Below the pieces are notes generated by a model. The model was not told where the DNA came from. It saw only the letters and a program-made list of their open reading frames with translations, and did no database searches. This document shows positions 9,116 to 18,318 of a stretch of 61,007 nt of DNA, in pieces. The position numbers were made by a program, and so were the translations under genes. Source of the stretch: a virus (lineage: Duplodnaviria; Caudoviricetes); the IMG/VR virus record IMGVR_UViG_3300028610_000483, positions 1-61,007 of that record; one strand, given 5' to 3'. The number at the start of each line of letters is the position of its first letter. The stretch's first letter is position 1.

Positions 9116-9955
9116 TTAGACTTCGACAACAATCATCATATCTACATAATCATTGGTTGCTTGATCAGCAGCACCTAATGAACGCAGACGAATACTGACA
9201 TCATGACGACCATCCGTAAGATCAGACAAATCAAACTCGCCACTTACCAACTCTTCGGTCAGCGAAGTAGACGTTAAAGTTAGACGAGAAGTGCCTTCTG
9301 CATCCAAATAAATTGTTAATTCGGCAGCAGACGCAACATTGTCTGTCTTCAACGTTGCAAATACACGCATCTTCTTCGGTTTAAACTTCTGAGTTGTTCC
9401 CTTCGGAAGTTTAAACGCCTTAATCTCGGTTTCAGTTGTGCCTACAATCGACACAGTTGATTCATCACCGATAAACGGACGAAGACGACTATCTTCATCA
9501 GACTTTGCAAGAGTCACAACATTATTCTGAAGCTTACCAGTTGAAATTGCTAAATCAGCCAATTTCGAGTTCACCACTGAATCATCTGCAAGAACCGAAT
9601 CGGTTACAGCACCCGCAGCGAGTTGCGCCGTTTCAACAGCAAGCGCAGCGATTTCGGCAGTATCAACAGCACCCGCACCAATTTTAGCGTTGGTTACTGC
9701 ATCAGCAGCGATTTCGGCAGTATCAACAGCAAGAGCCGCAATCTTTGCATTCGTAACAGCATCGGCAGCAAGCTCGGTAGTATCAACTGCGCCAGCAGCA
9801 ATCTTTGCATTTGTGATAGCATCAGCAGCGATTTTACTAGTAGGAGCCTCACCTGTCACTTTATCAGTTCCAAGATCAACAGCACCAGTGGCAAGCTTAG
9901 AAGCCGTCACAGAACCATCAGCAACTTCACCCACAGCACGAATATTAATAGACAT
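9116..9955 (-). CDS. Repeat-containing head fibre/decoration protein
   Basis: About 11 tandem 10-aa repeats (AVTNAKIAAG/AVDTAEIAAD); follows the MCP; GGAGG RBS before MSINIR. Confidence 0.65.
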   Translation of the reverse strand: MSINIRAVGEVADGSVTASKLATGAVDLGTDKVTGEAPTSKIAADAITNAKIAAGAVDTTELAADAVTNAKIAALAVDTAEIAADAVTNAKIGAGAVDTAEIAALAVETAQLAAGAVTDSVLADDSVVNSKLADLAISTGKLQNNVVTLAKSDEDSRLRPFIGDESTVSIVGTTETEIKAFKLPKGTTQKFKPKKMRVFATLKTDNVASAAELTIYLDAEGTSRLTLTSTSLTEELVSGEFDLSDLTDGRHDVSIRLRSLGAADQATNDYVDMMIVVEV

Positions 9956-10009
9956 AGGAATTCCCTCCAACTACACTTTCGATACTACTCTTAACTTGTG
10001 TAAAGCTTT

Positions 10010-10044
10010 TTACATAGGAGGGTAACAATCACCCTCCTATGTAA
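10010..10044 (-). terminator. 14-bp hairpin after the major capsid gene
   Basis: TTACATAGGAGGGT-N7-ACCCTCCTATGTAA; no U-tract on either strand. Confidence 0.55.
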
Positions 10045-10055
10045 GTCAGCTAAAT

Positions 10056-11060
10056 TTACACAATGGTAATCTTCAACACATGCTTGTTATTGGCGATTAC
10101 CTGACCAACTTCCTGCACAGCATACATTGAGGAATGAAGACTCTTTCTACCCCCAGGCCCAGGCTGAACAGTAAACGGAGTTGCACGAGCAATACGCCTA
10201 CGTCCTTCAATCAGCCGAGTTGCAAAATAACCCAACTGATCGGGTCTGGCTACCATGTAAGCTACATCATCAGCCATGATAGGAGTTTCAATACCATCAA
10301 CGGACAACACACCATTTACCTTTAAGACAGTTGCAGTTCCAAGACGACCCACAACACCACGACGAATCTGATCTTCACGAGTTTCCTCAGTAAATTTCGG
10401 ATTGCCAGAAGCATCAACAAAATCAAGCGTCTTAAAATACTCATCACTCTTCACCAGAATCCATGCTGGATCGAAGAAAGGATCAACAACTGCCCATGCA
10501 TCCCTAAACAAATCCCACGTCCATGCAGCTCCGGCAGGAGGCGTCAAAGCACCAGGGCCGGTTGCAGCCGCTTCGATAAGCTGAATCAACTCAAAATCTT
10601 CGAGTTTATTCATCATCGTAGTCAGCTTTGCGCGATACGTAGGCACAAAATTAAATTTTGAATTCTGAATGTCATGCAGTGAAATGACAAGCTCTTCAGT
10701 GACCATCAGGCGCACATCAAAGCTATTCGTGCCGAGCGTTACTTTGCGGGAACGAATTTCAGAGTCCGAACCAATCCAATATGCTTCACCATCAGTTTCG
10801 CCAGGAGCCGCAGGGAACTCTGCATTCTCACCACGACGAATCGTGCGAGGGAGAAGCAAGCGTCGAGCAAAACCGACGTGTTCTTTGCGATCTTCAATAG
10901 GCTCACCAATCAACTGAGCGAGAACCATAGGATCATTAGCATTCTCTTCAATCAGCTTGTCAAAAGCTGCCAACTCTTCTGTCTTCAGATCGTAACCATA
11001 GACATCAGACAGCTCTTGAACTCTGGCTTCGAGAGAAAGTTGTTCAGTCGTCTTACCCAT
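10056..11060 (-). CDS. Major capsid protein (HK97 fold), 334 aa
   Basis: Start refined to MGKTTEQ (AAGGAGG RBS). Synteny portal-protease-decoration-MCP; KLEDFELIQLI helix; GVVGRLGTATV. Confidence 0.8.
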   Translation of the reverse strand: MGKTTEQLSLEARVQELSDVYGYDLKTEELAAFDKLIEENANDPMVLAQLIGEPIEDRKEHVGFARRLLLPRTIRRGENAEFPAAPGETDGEAYWIGSDSEIRSRKVTLGTNSFDVRLMVTEELVISLHDIQNSKFNFVPTYRAKLTTMMNKLEDFELIQLIEAAATGPGALTPPAGAAWTWDLFRDAWAVVDPFFDPAWILVKSDEYFKTLDFVDASGNPKFTEETREDQIRRGVVGRLGTATVLKVNGVLSVDGIETPIMADDVAYMVARPDQLGYFATRLIEGRRRIARATPFTVQPGPGGRKSLHSSMYAVQEVGQVIANNKHVLKITIV

Positions 11061-11100
11061 AATGTAAACCTCCTTAATACATACTTCAGTTTGCTCAGTC

Positions 11101-11520
11101 TTACGACTGCAAAAGAATTCTGGTGCCTGCGGCAGTTGCCGAAAGACACAGACCTTTTCTCGTATTACCAGTAGCGTCGTTCGAATACGTATTCTTATCA
11201 ACATCAACATACACAATATCGCCAGCAGCAGGTTCCTCACCTGAAGTCACCTTACTGGTGAGAATCAAGGCATAGCCAAGCAGAAGAACAGAAATCTGAT
11301 CTCCATCAGGGCCACCACGACCTTCGCCAGCAGCTACATCAACCATCAATTGACCAACAGGTTCCTCACCACCAATTGCAGGAACAGGAGTAACCTCATT
11401 ATTACCGCTGATAAACACCTGTGCTTCTGCAACAGCCAACACAGCGTCAGGATCAGCAATCGTCAATGTGGCAATCATACCACCGCTTAGTTCTGGAAAA
11501 AAAGCTCTAGCCATTTTCAT
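11101..11520 (-). CDS. Capsid decoration/cement protein (beta-tulip-like)
   Basis: Between scaffold and MCP; AAGDIVYV and GLCLS patterns; GGAGG RBS. Confidence 0.55.
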   Translation of the reverse strand: MKMARAFFPELSGGMIATLTIADPDAVLAVAEAQVFISGNNEVTPVPAIGGEEPVGQLMVDVAAGEGRGGPDGDQISVLLLGYALILTSKVTSGEEPAAGDIVYVDVDKNTYSNDATGNTRKGLCLSATAAGTRILLQS

Positions 11521-11559
11521 AACCTCCGGTTAAACTACTAATCGCTCTATTAACAATTG

Positions 11560-12975
11560 TTAACGTTTTGCACGAGTGATAACTTCACCCATTCGTTCAA
11601 CAACTGGATTAGAACCTTTTTGGGGCATTCCTCCACCCGTTAACAAAGAACCTTCAGCAGCCCCAGCTTCATCTGATTCTGCTTCTTCAGATTCGTCTGA
11701 TTCCTTAGACTCATCTTCTTCGGCTTGTTCTGAACTTTCATCAGAAGCCTTTACCTTCTCTTTCAAAGTTTTATTCTCAGCTTCCAAATCAGCAATTTGC
11801 TTATCTTTCTGCAAAGAAGAAAACACACTATCGTTCAACAAATCAGCATCTTTGGAATCCTTCGCAACATCTCCAAGTTCAGCCCGACGTTCTTTAATAA
11901 GATCATGTTTCTTAATAGCTTCAGCAACAGCATCAGCCTTCATCTCATCAACCTCAGCTTGCGTAAAAGTCTTATCTTCGTTCTTCGTTTTCTCAGACAT
12001 GCTAACTTCCTCCTGTGATTCAATAGTAGCCGTTTTCAGGCTGTAGTTAACTGTAAACACACCGCCCTCTTGCTCTTTCTTTCTTTGTCTACGACGAGAC
12101 TCTGGTGTATGAAAACTTGCACAACCAGAGTTTGAGCAGCGCATTAACGCAGTTTCATTTTCTACGTCAAGTGATACAACATCATTATACTTTCCGCCAC
12201 AAGTAGGGCATTGAGCCTCCATTAAAAGAGTCTCAACCGTATTTAAACTATGACGTGCTATTTTTGCGTCGTCGTCTAAATTCTCTTTGACTCTAGCTAA
12301 TTTAGCTTTCTCGTCTTCAGAAATGGATTCGCCTAAAGAAGCCATAGTTTCAATTCCTCCATAAACAATCGAACATTCCTTAAATGCAGCAGTAATATCG
12401 GCACTACTAGCCGGTTCTGCGGCTCTACTACGTCGAAGAATAGCCCCGCCTCTAAATGTTACATTTTCAAGTTCGATTGCGCCTGTGTCACGACGTAATG
12501 CACGTTTTCCAAAGGTCAGTTCAAATGACTGCCCTGCATCCCCCTCTTCAATCCATTGTTCAATCGTAGCCACTTCTTGCGGAAAACGATGTTTCCAAAT
12601 CAATGCACGAGTTGTGACTTGACTAGTGACTGAATTAAAAGAAGCACTCATGTAAAAACCAATTGGATGATTAAACTGATGATTGAGATTAACCGGAGTA
12701 AAAGGAAGAGACTGCAAACCCTCTTGAACGGTTTCACCAGATAAAAAATGTCCGTTTCGATTCTTTTTATTGGCTTTTAAAAATACCCCTTCAACAATAT
12801 GAAAGTTATCATTCGGAAACTCAATACCAAGAATCTTTGAAGCTGCTGTAATTTCTGAATCTGTCGGACTAACAAGACGACATTCGCCTGACTCAAAAAT
12901 CTCATTAACAAAATCTTGAACAGCTTCGGAAGCTTCTTTAACACTAATATTTGTAAGTATCTGCTCCTGTGACAT
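11560..12975 (-). CDS. Prohead protease fused to a Zn ribbon and an acidic scaffold region
   Basis: NKKNRNG, VNLNH, GQSFEL and FRGGAIL protease motifs; CPTC...CSNSGC; acidic coiled-coil C-terminus. Confidence 0.75.
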   Translation of the reverse strand: MSQEQILTNISVKEASEAVQDFVNEIFESGECRLVSPTDSEITAASKILGIEFPNDNFHIVEGVFLKANKKNRNGHFLSGETVQEGLQSLPFTPVNLNHQFNHPIGFYMSASFNSVTSQVTTRALIWKHRFPQEVATIEQWIEEGDAGQSFELTFGKRALRRDTGAIELENVTFRGGAILRRSRAAEPASSADITAAFKECSIVYGGIETMASLGESISEDEKAKLARVKENLDDDAKIARHSLNTVETLLMEAQCPTCGGKYNDVVSLDVENETALMRCSNSGCASFHTPESRRRQRKKEQEGGVFTVNYSLKTATIESQEEVSMSEKTKNEDKTFTQAEVDEMKADAVAEAIKKHDLIKERRAELGDVAKDSKDADLLNDSVFSSLQKDKQIADLEAENKTLKEKVKASDESSEQAEEDESKESDESEEAESDEAGAAEGSLLTGGGMPQKGSNPVVERMGEVITRAKR

Positions 12976-12988
12976 AAAGTTCTCCTAA

Positions 12989-14542
12989 TTACTCATCACG
13001 ATCTTGTGTGTCTTGAATATCATCAACATTAGTATCGTCTGGTCTACCGTTTGGATTGGTTAAATCGTCAGGGTCTTTTTCAATATTTTGGATCACAGGA
13101 GGATAGAATGTGTCTTCATCTCCTGCCTCTTTCTCATCAACTCGATGTTGACGCATCACATCAGGATCAAGCGTCGTCAACGATCCAATCACATCTCTCT
13201 TACCAATCAAACCACGATCATACAATACACGCATGATACGTTTGTTTTCTACAGACAACCAAATATTCATAGGTTTTTGATAATAAACAAGTCGGTCAAA
13301 TTCACCAGTTAACAGACGAGCGTTTCGTCTACGAAACTCTAAGTAAAGGTCTTTTTCAATTATGTCTTTGAAAACTTTTCGTGCAGACTCAACCTCAAGA
13401 ATCAAACCTTTTGGGTTAAGTTGAACTTCTCGGCGCTGTTCCCCCTCGCCGGTCAACGTTAACAAACCAAGAGCAATGAGAATGTCGTTATCAACCTCTT
13501 CATACTTTTCTTTACTCATCATAGATTCAACGTCAGGATGAACATGCTCAGCCGTTGTATCATATGTCGTTCCAAGAACGCCAGTATTTGCTAAACGACT
13601 TTCAAGAAGATTTTGGAACGCCTGCATTTCTTCAGCTCCGTAGATGATGCCTCTCTCAGTGAGTTCTTTACTACCTTTCTTGAGTAGTAAGATATCATTG
13701 ATGATACCTACGGCTGTTCGATAATCACTTCGACGTAAAGCTTTTTTGAGTTTAACAAGCTTCGCAATATTTCGATGATACAAAAATGGCACAGGAAACT
13801 TGTCACTAATTCTCGCTCCAATCGTTCGAGGGTAGAACGTGTGACGTTCTGGATCAAGTGGTAGATTTTTATGTTCGTCAGTAGCAATCGGACGAACCTG
13901 AAACCGATTTTGCTTTTGGAAATCTTCATCATCCTGAAACAAACCAGTGCCTTGATCATTTTCTGGTTTTTCATCTTCTTCAATTTCCCGAAAAAAGTAT
14001 TGTTTGTCACCCAACATTGGACTAGCTTTAACACCAATCCCATGCGAGTTTGGAACATACATAATTGTTGGAAGCCACCATTGCTTGCGACCAAGCCCAG
14101 GAATTTGACGTTTCTCCCACACACAATACAGGATAGGCATACTACTTGTCCAATACTCTGTATACCATTCGTGCTCTACGGCTTCAAGTCCAGTAGGCAA
14201 CGTCGAGATTGTATCATTCACAACGTAGTCTTTCCAGTGTTGAAATACCTTCCGAAGATCATCGTTACCAAGCACATCAACATCTGCACCATAGAACGTA
14301 GCACTCTGGACTTGTGCATCTAAAATACTCGAAACAATATTATCACCACCACGATGCCAGATATCGTATGAATCTCGAACCTGTGCATAATAGTCTGTTT
14401 CAGCAATCAATTCTTTGTCAGATCGTGGATTCAACGAATCGACAATATTTTGAACCTGTGCAGCTAACACCAACTTCATATTTTGCAATCGATCACCAAG
14501 AACCACAGAACCATGCTTGGTAACTTCATTTGCTTCTGACAT
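12989..14542 (-). CDS. Portal protein
   Basis: Follows TerL; 517 aa from MSEANE (GGAGG RBS); C-terminal YDRGLIG...NPNGRP pattern. Confidence 0.75.
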   Translation of the reverse strand: MSEANEVTKHGSVVLGDRLQNMKLVLAAQVQNIVDSLNPRSDKELIAETDYYAQVRDSYDIWHRGGDNIVSSILDAQVQSATFYGADVDVLGNDDLRKVFQHWKDYVVNDTISTLPTGLEAVEHEWYTEYWTSSMPILYCVWEKRQIPGLGRKQWWLPTIMYVPNSHGIGVKASPMLGDKQYFFREIEEDEKPENDQGTGLFQDDEDFQKQNRFQVRPIATDEHKNLPLDPERHTFYPRTIGARISDKFPVPFLYHRNIAKLVKLKKALRRSDYRTAVGIINDILLLKKGSKELTERGIIYGAEEMQAFQNLLESRLANTGVLGTTYDTTAEHVHPDVESMMSKEKYEEVDNDILIALGLLTLTGEGEQRREVQLNPKGLILEVESARKVFKDIIEKDLYLEFRRRNARLLTGEFDRLVYYQKPMNIWLSVENKRIMRVLYDRGLIGKRDVIGSLTTLDPDVMRQHRVDEKEAGDEDTFYPPVIQNIEKDPDDLTNPNGRPDDTNVDDIQDTQDRDE

Positions 14543-14550
14543 ACATCCTC

Positions 14551-16188
14551 CTAGCCAAGCCATGCACCAAGCCACGGCTTTTGTTGCCGTCGTGTTGGTG
14601 TCTTATCAGGTTCTAATACCTGAACGCTTCGAAGAAACACTTTGAACATTGAGATAACGTGATTCGGAAGAGGCGATTGAAATATATACTTTGTTTGACC
14701 AAGAACAGCCAACTCAGCTTGAAACTGTGTCTTTAGTTCGTCGTCAATCGGCAAGCTCAATCGTTCTTCATGAAACCATGCCAATCCGCGTTTCCACATT
14801 GCTTCATCAATGTGTTGTTTGATTGGGATGGGTTCACCTTTCTCAAACCTTATGTCACCATCTTCTCCACGTTCAAATCCGATCTCTACATTACCACTAA
14901 AATTTATTGGTTGAACACGTTTATAATACTTTTTACCTTTAAACTCAGTTTGATTCTCATCAATCAATTCGACGGCAACTGATAAACCTAAACCATCTGT
15001 TGCGTCAATCCCGATGGTAGCTGCATTAAAGAAGTCAGCCAAATAATCAAGAACAAATGCTTGTTGGTAATGAACAAGACCATTCATCTTGACACGATAG
15101 ATCAACTCCCATTTTTCATTCTTTACTTGCCAAGCCCATATACCGCATTCTGTGGGTGCTCGACCAATATCTGTTGCGATAACTCGAAGAGGCATTGAAG
15201 CCGGTGCTGACATGATAAATACACGATCTGGATCAGCTTTAAAAATAGGGTAGTTCACTTTATTGATTTCAAACAGCTTGATCGGTTTACCGTTCTCGCA
15301 GGCTTCTATGTCTTCCATATCCCACGCACCACTGGCAACATCACCTTCTTGACCAAGAACGTTTGTTCGATAACCGTGAGTGTGTCGGCCACCATAAAAC
15401 TCTGCACGTTCAGCGTCACGTTTTTTAGTGTAGTTTGGATTCACAAACGACGAATACCAAATACGAGTCATATTTCGATCATTAATCATATCATGAAATG
15501 GCGTATCTCTTCGACCATCAGGAACACCACTACCTCGGATAATACATCCAAGTTCAGAACGAGCATCGACGTGTTTCATCCATGCTTCTGATGAAAACAT
15601 TTGCATTTCTTCGAACGTCGTTTTCTCAGGATGCTTCCCAAGAAATTGATCGCCTGGATTCTTTTGACCTTCAATCACACCGTATGTGATGTGACCGTTA
15701 GCTAATGAAATAGTTTTCAATGAACGATTAACAGGGTCAATCTTACCTTCATTATGAAACAGCCGAAACAGTGGATGTTCTTCAACATACTTAGCAATAA
15801 ATTCAAAACGTCCTTTGAGCTTTTCTGTGTTGTAGCCAGCTAACACATGCTCGGCTCCATCCCGCATTAACACTTCTTGGATATTATCAAAATCAACTAA
15901 CGCGATTGTCTTACCATAGGTTCGACCACCACGACCTATGAGTTGACCTAACGCGACTCGATCATCAAAGTTTTCTGCGTCTGTGCGGTCAGGATCATCT
16001 ACCAACAAATAGTCAAAACCTAACAACGACTTTTGGTATGTGCGGATATGAAATGGCTCATCCTCATACCAATTCCGAGGGTTTCGAAAGTTCTTTGGAA
16101 CAATGAACGGAACAAAATCTGTAGGAGAGTGCATAATTTCAAGTAATGCCCAATCCTCTTCAGATAAAACTTCTCGCTCACGCATCAT
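14551..16188 (-). CDS. terL: Terminase large subunit (divergent)
   Basis: Walker A-like GRGGRTYGKT; Walker B-like TTFEE; SSFVNP; RNase H-like VIATDIG and GIDATDG. Confidence 0.85.
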   Translation of the reverse strand: MMREREVLSEEDWALLEIMHSPTDFVPFIVPKNFRNPRNWYEDEPFHIRTYQKSLLGFDYLLVDDPDRTDAENFDDRVALGQLIGRGGRTYGKTIALVDFDNIQEVLMRDGAEHVLAGYNTEKLKGRFEFIAKYVEEHPLFRLFHNEGKIDPVNRSLKTISLANGHITYGVIEGQKNPGDQFLGKHPEKTTFEEMQMFSSEAWMKHVDARSELGCIIRGSGVPDGRRDTPFHDMINDRNMTRIWYSSFVNPNYTKKRDAERAEFYGGRHTHGYRTNVLGQEGDVASGAWDMEDIEACENGKPIKLFEINKVNYPIFKADPDRVFIMSAPASMPLRVIATDIGRAPTECGIWAWQVKNEKWELIYRVKMNGLVHYQQAFVLDYLADFFNAATIGIDATDGLGLSVAVELIDENQTEFKGKKYYKRVQPINFSGNVEIGFERGEDGDIRFEKGEPIPIKQHIDEAMWKRGLAWFHEERLSLPIDDELKTQFQAELAVLGQTKYIFQSPLPNHVISMFKVFLRSVQVLEPDKTPTRRQQKPWLGAWLG

Positions 16189-16972
16189 CTTTTACCTTCA
16201 AAGAGATATTCTTTTTCTTACATACATCCTGTAAATACATAGGCGATACTTCAAGAATCTTAGCAGCCTGCCGTAATGTTAATACGCCTTCATTGACATA
16301 ATCAATAATCTGCTGATTCCAAATCACTCCATACTCGTCAAAAGCTGTGTGTCGTCGTAACATGAAATGAAACGTGCCGCATGACTTACATTTCCACATA
16401 AACTCATCTCGATGCTTCAACATATAGTCTTTGGCATCTTGCTTAATTCGTGCCCAATTCTGAAAAGCAGATTCACCTTTTTTCTGACGTTGACCTTTTG
16501 TAATACCGAGTTTGGATTTCAAATCTAAAAGAGCTTTGTTCGCATCATTCAATGCATCTATCTTACTTTTGTTATATTTATCGAAGTCTCCGGTAATACT
16601 CATCTGGATGCTTCGAACAAGCATTTCATAGTAGATGATATTTCTGAGATCACCAATATCTGTGCTGCCATTGAGTTCGAATTCATCCTGATACTTCATA
16701 AATCGTTGACGGATAAACGCTAAATCACTAGCAGCTCGTTGTTTCTCTTCCTTTGTAATCTCTTTTGATGTGTTAGGTTTTGCAGCAACCACATCAAGTA
16801 AAGACCCAAGCCCTTCATCTGCGTTGTCTGCTTGTTGCCATTCTCGAAAAAGCAACTCAGCCAGTAGTTCTTTTTCTGACTTGCCCTGCATCCAACGCAT
16901 GTTTTGAAACTTTTGCTTCAGCTTTGATAAACGATCTGCAAATCGCTGTTCCTGCTCACTTGATCTTGGCAT
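16178..16972 (-). CDS. Putative terminase small subunit
   Basis: Directly upstream of TerL; helical core ending KLGITKGQR; CxxC; C-terminal HTH (LTLRQAAKILEVS). Confidence 0.5.
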   Translation of the reverse strand: MPRSSEQEQRFADRLSKLKQKFQNMRWMQGKSEKELLAELLFREWQQADNADEGLGSLLDVVAAKPNTSKEITKEEKQRAASDLAFIRQRFMKYQDEFELNGSTDIGDLRNIIYYEMLVRSIQMSITGDFDKYNKSKIDALNDANKALLDLKSKLGITKGQRQKKGESAFQNWARIKQDAKDYMLKHRDEFMWKCKSCGTFHFMLRRHTAFDEYGVIWNQQIIDYVNEGVLTLRQAAKILEVSPMYLQDVCKKKNISLKVKDDA

Positions 16973-17084
16973 TTTTCGTCCTCACATACCCAACCAACCA
17001 ATTCATTATCACCAATACGTTTGACCATACGAACTTCAACTTCACCAATCTCTCGTTTTTCTTTGCACACCTTACATAAAATCA

Positions 17085-17360
17085 TTATGGCCCTAAAACT
17101 AACGTTCGAACAAGCAATGTTGTTGATGTCGTTGCCATAGCAGTTAATGATGTGATAATCCACATGACAGCCCATGACGGACGACCATCAAATTTATCGG
17201 CTAACTTTTCGACTCGTGCATCAACAGTCTCAACTGCAACTTCGAGATGAGGTAGATGATTTGTTTTGATCTCGTTAATACTATCAACGGCTGATTGAAC
17301 TTTCGTATTGACTTCCATCCAATCTTGCATCGTCAATTCAATCTTATCTTCGTTTGCCAT
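17085..17360 (-). CDS. Holin/XhlA-like membrane protein
   Basis: Start refined to MANEDK; coiled coil (IKTNHLPHLE) followed by a C-terminal hydrophobic helix. Confidence 0.5.
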   Translation of the reverse strand: MANEDKIELTMQDWMEVNTKVQSAVDSINEIKTNHLPHLEVAVETVDARVEKLADKFDGRPSWAVMWIITSLTAMATTSTTLLVRTLVLGP

Positions 17361-17559
17361 ATCTATTACCCCATCTACACGTTTTCCAAATAATTCGTTT
17401 GAACGTGCCACACACTTTGGCTAGCCGATTTGCATCATCACGTTCCCACTTCTCAAACATACAATGTTCCTTACAGTTATTGCATGTGTAAGTTTTTCGC
17501 TTTGACTGCTTTCGTGGTCGTCGTGCGTCATTAGTTGATTTTAGAATGAAATTGTCCAA
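17344..17559 (-). CDS. Small basic Cys-rich protein
   Basis: CNNCKEHC...VC; overlaps both neighbouring genes. Confidence 0.45.
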   Translation of the reverse strand: MDNFILKSTNDARRPRKQSKRKTYTCNNCKEHCMFEKWERDDANRLAKVCGTFKRIIWKTCRWGNRYGKRR

Positions 17560-18236
17560 TAGAATACAACCCCAGGTGTGCCATCTGATAGAGAATAGGT
17601 AGCACCGATGCCTGCGGCACTATTTTCAATTTTCACGCCTTTGCGCCAATAGATGTCGTAGGATACTCCAACGCCTAAAATGTCAGGCACAAAGTAAAGC
17701 ACATCTAAATTCAACCTGTTCCAATGAGCCGTTTCAATAGCAAAACCGGCAACTGGCCCTGCGGTGGTTGAAACACCAACCGCAAGTTTTGGTTTCAGAT
17801 GAATACCGTAAGGTTTCAGATCAGGAACCAAACCTTGTGTAATTGGTTCTCCGTCGAAAGTGCCTGACCCATCAGTGCGAATAACAATTTCGTGCTTCTT
17901 GCCAGTGTCTTTGTCAACAGCGATAATGACGGTTGACTGTTCCCGTTGACCAAAGTTGATTGGCTTGCTCTTCCAACCTCTAGCATAACCAGTGCCAAAC
18001 AGTAAGGCTGCAACAATAATTGCAACAATAAAGTTTTGATACACATGATGTAGAAACTTACCAAGTCTTGCACCTGTAAAAATATTCAACCCATGAATAA
18101 ACTTTCTTCCATCCCAACCTGATGTTTGTTTAATCAGTGATTTGGCAGCATTCTTAGCATCCTTCGCAATTTGTTGAAGGTCTGCGGCTGACAACTCACC
18201 ATCACGATTGAGATCGAAGAGGTCACGAGGTTTCAT
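17541..18236 (-). CDS. Membrane protein: EF-hand-like N-terminus, TM helix, beta-barrel-like C-terminus
   Basis: DLNRDGELSAAD loop; FIVAIIVAALLFGTG; amphipathic strands ending YWTISF. Confidence 0.65.
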   Translation of the reverse strand: MKPRDLFDLNRDGELSAADLQQIAKDAKNAAKSLIKQTSGWDGRKFIHGLNIFTGARLGKFLHHVYQNFIVAIIVAALLFGTGYARGWKSKPINFGQREQSTVIIAVDKDTGKKHEIVIRTDGSGTFDGEPITQGLVPDLKPYGIHLKPKLAVGVSTTAGPVAGFAIETAHWNRLNLDVLYFVPDILGVGVSYDIYWRKGVKIENSAAGIGATYSLSDGTPGVVFYWTISF

Positions 18237-18304
18237 TAATGATAATACTTGTATACGAGATACACAACTACAGCAACAACAACAACAGCAACAATGTTAC
18301 CCAT
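18236..18304 (-). CDS. 22-aa single-TM micro-protein MGNIVAVVVVAVVVYLVYKYYH
   Basis: GGAGG RBS 6 nt upstream; stop overlaps the next ATG (TAATG). Confidence 0.7.
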   Translation of the reverse strand: MGNIVAVVVVAVVVYLVYKYYH

Positions 18305-18318
18305 ATCAACCTCCTGTG

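Noticed and set aside
11061-11240. N-terminal extensions in the ORF track (MCP from 11240; also portal 14575, recombinase 28027, OB-fold 34243)
   Set aside because: They overlap upstream genes, and better RBS-supported starts lie downstream (11060, 14542, 28090, 34363).
9505-14523. Plus-strand ORFs opposite the head genes (e.g. 9690..10025, 11576..12046, 13871..14323), and similar antisense ORFs in the other arm
   Set aside because: Shadow frames of real genes; no RBS or motifs.
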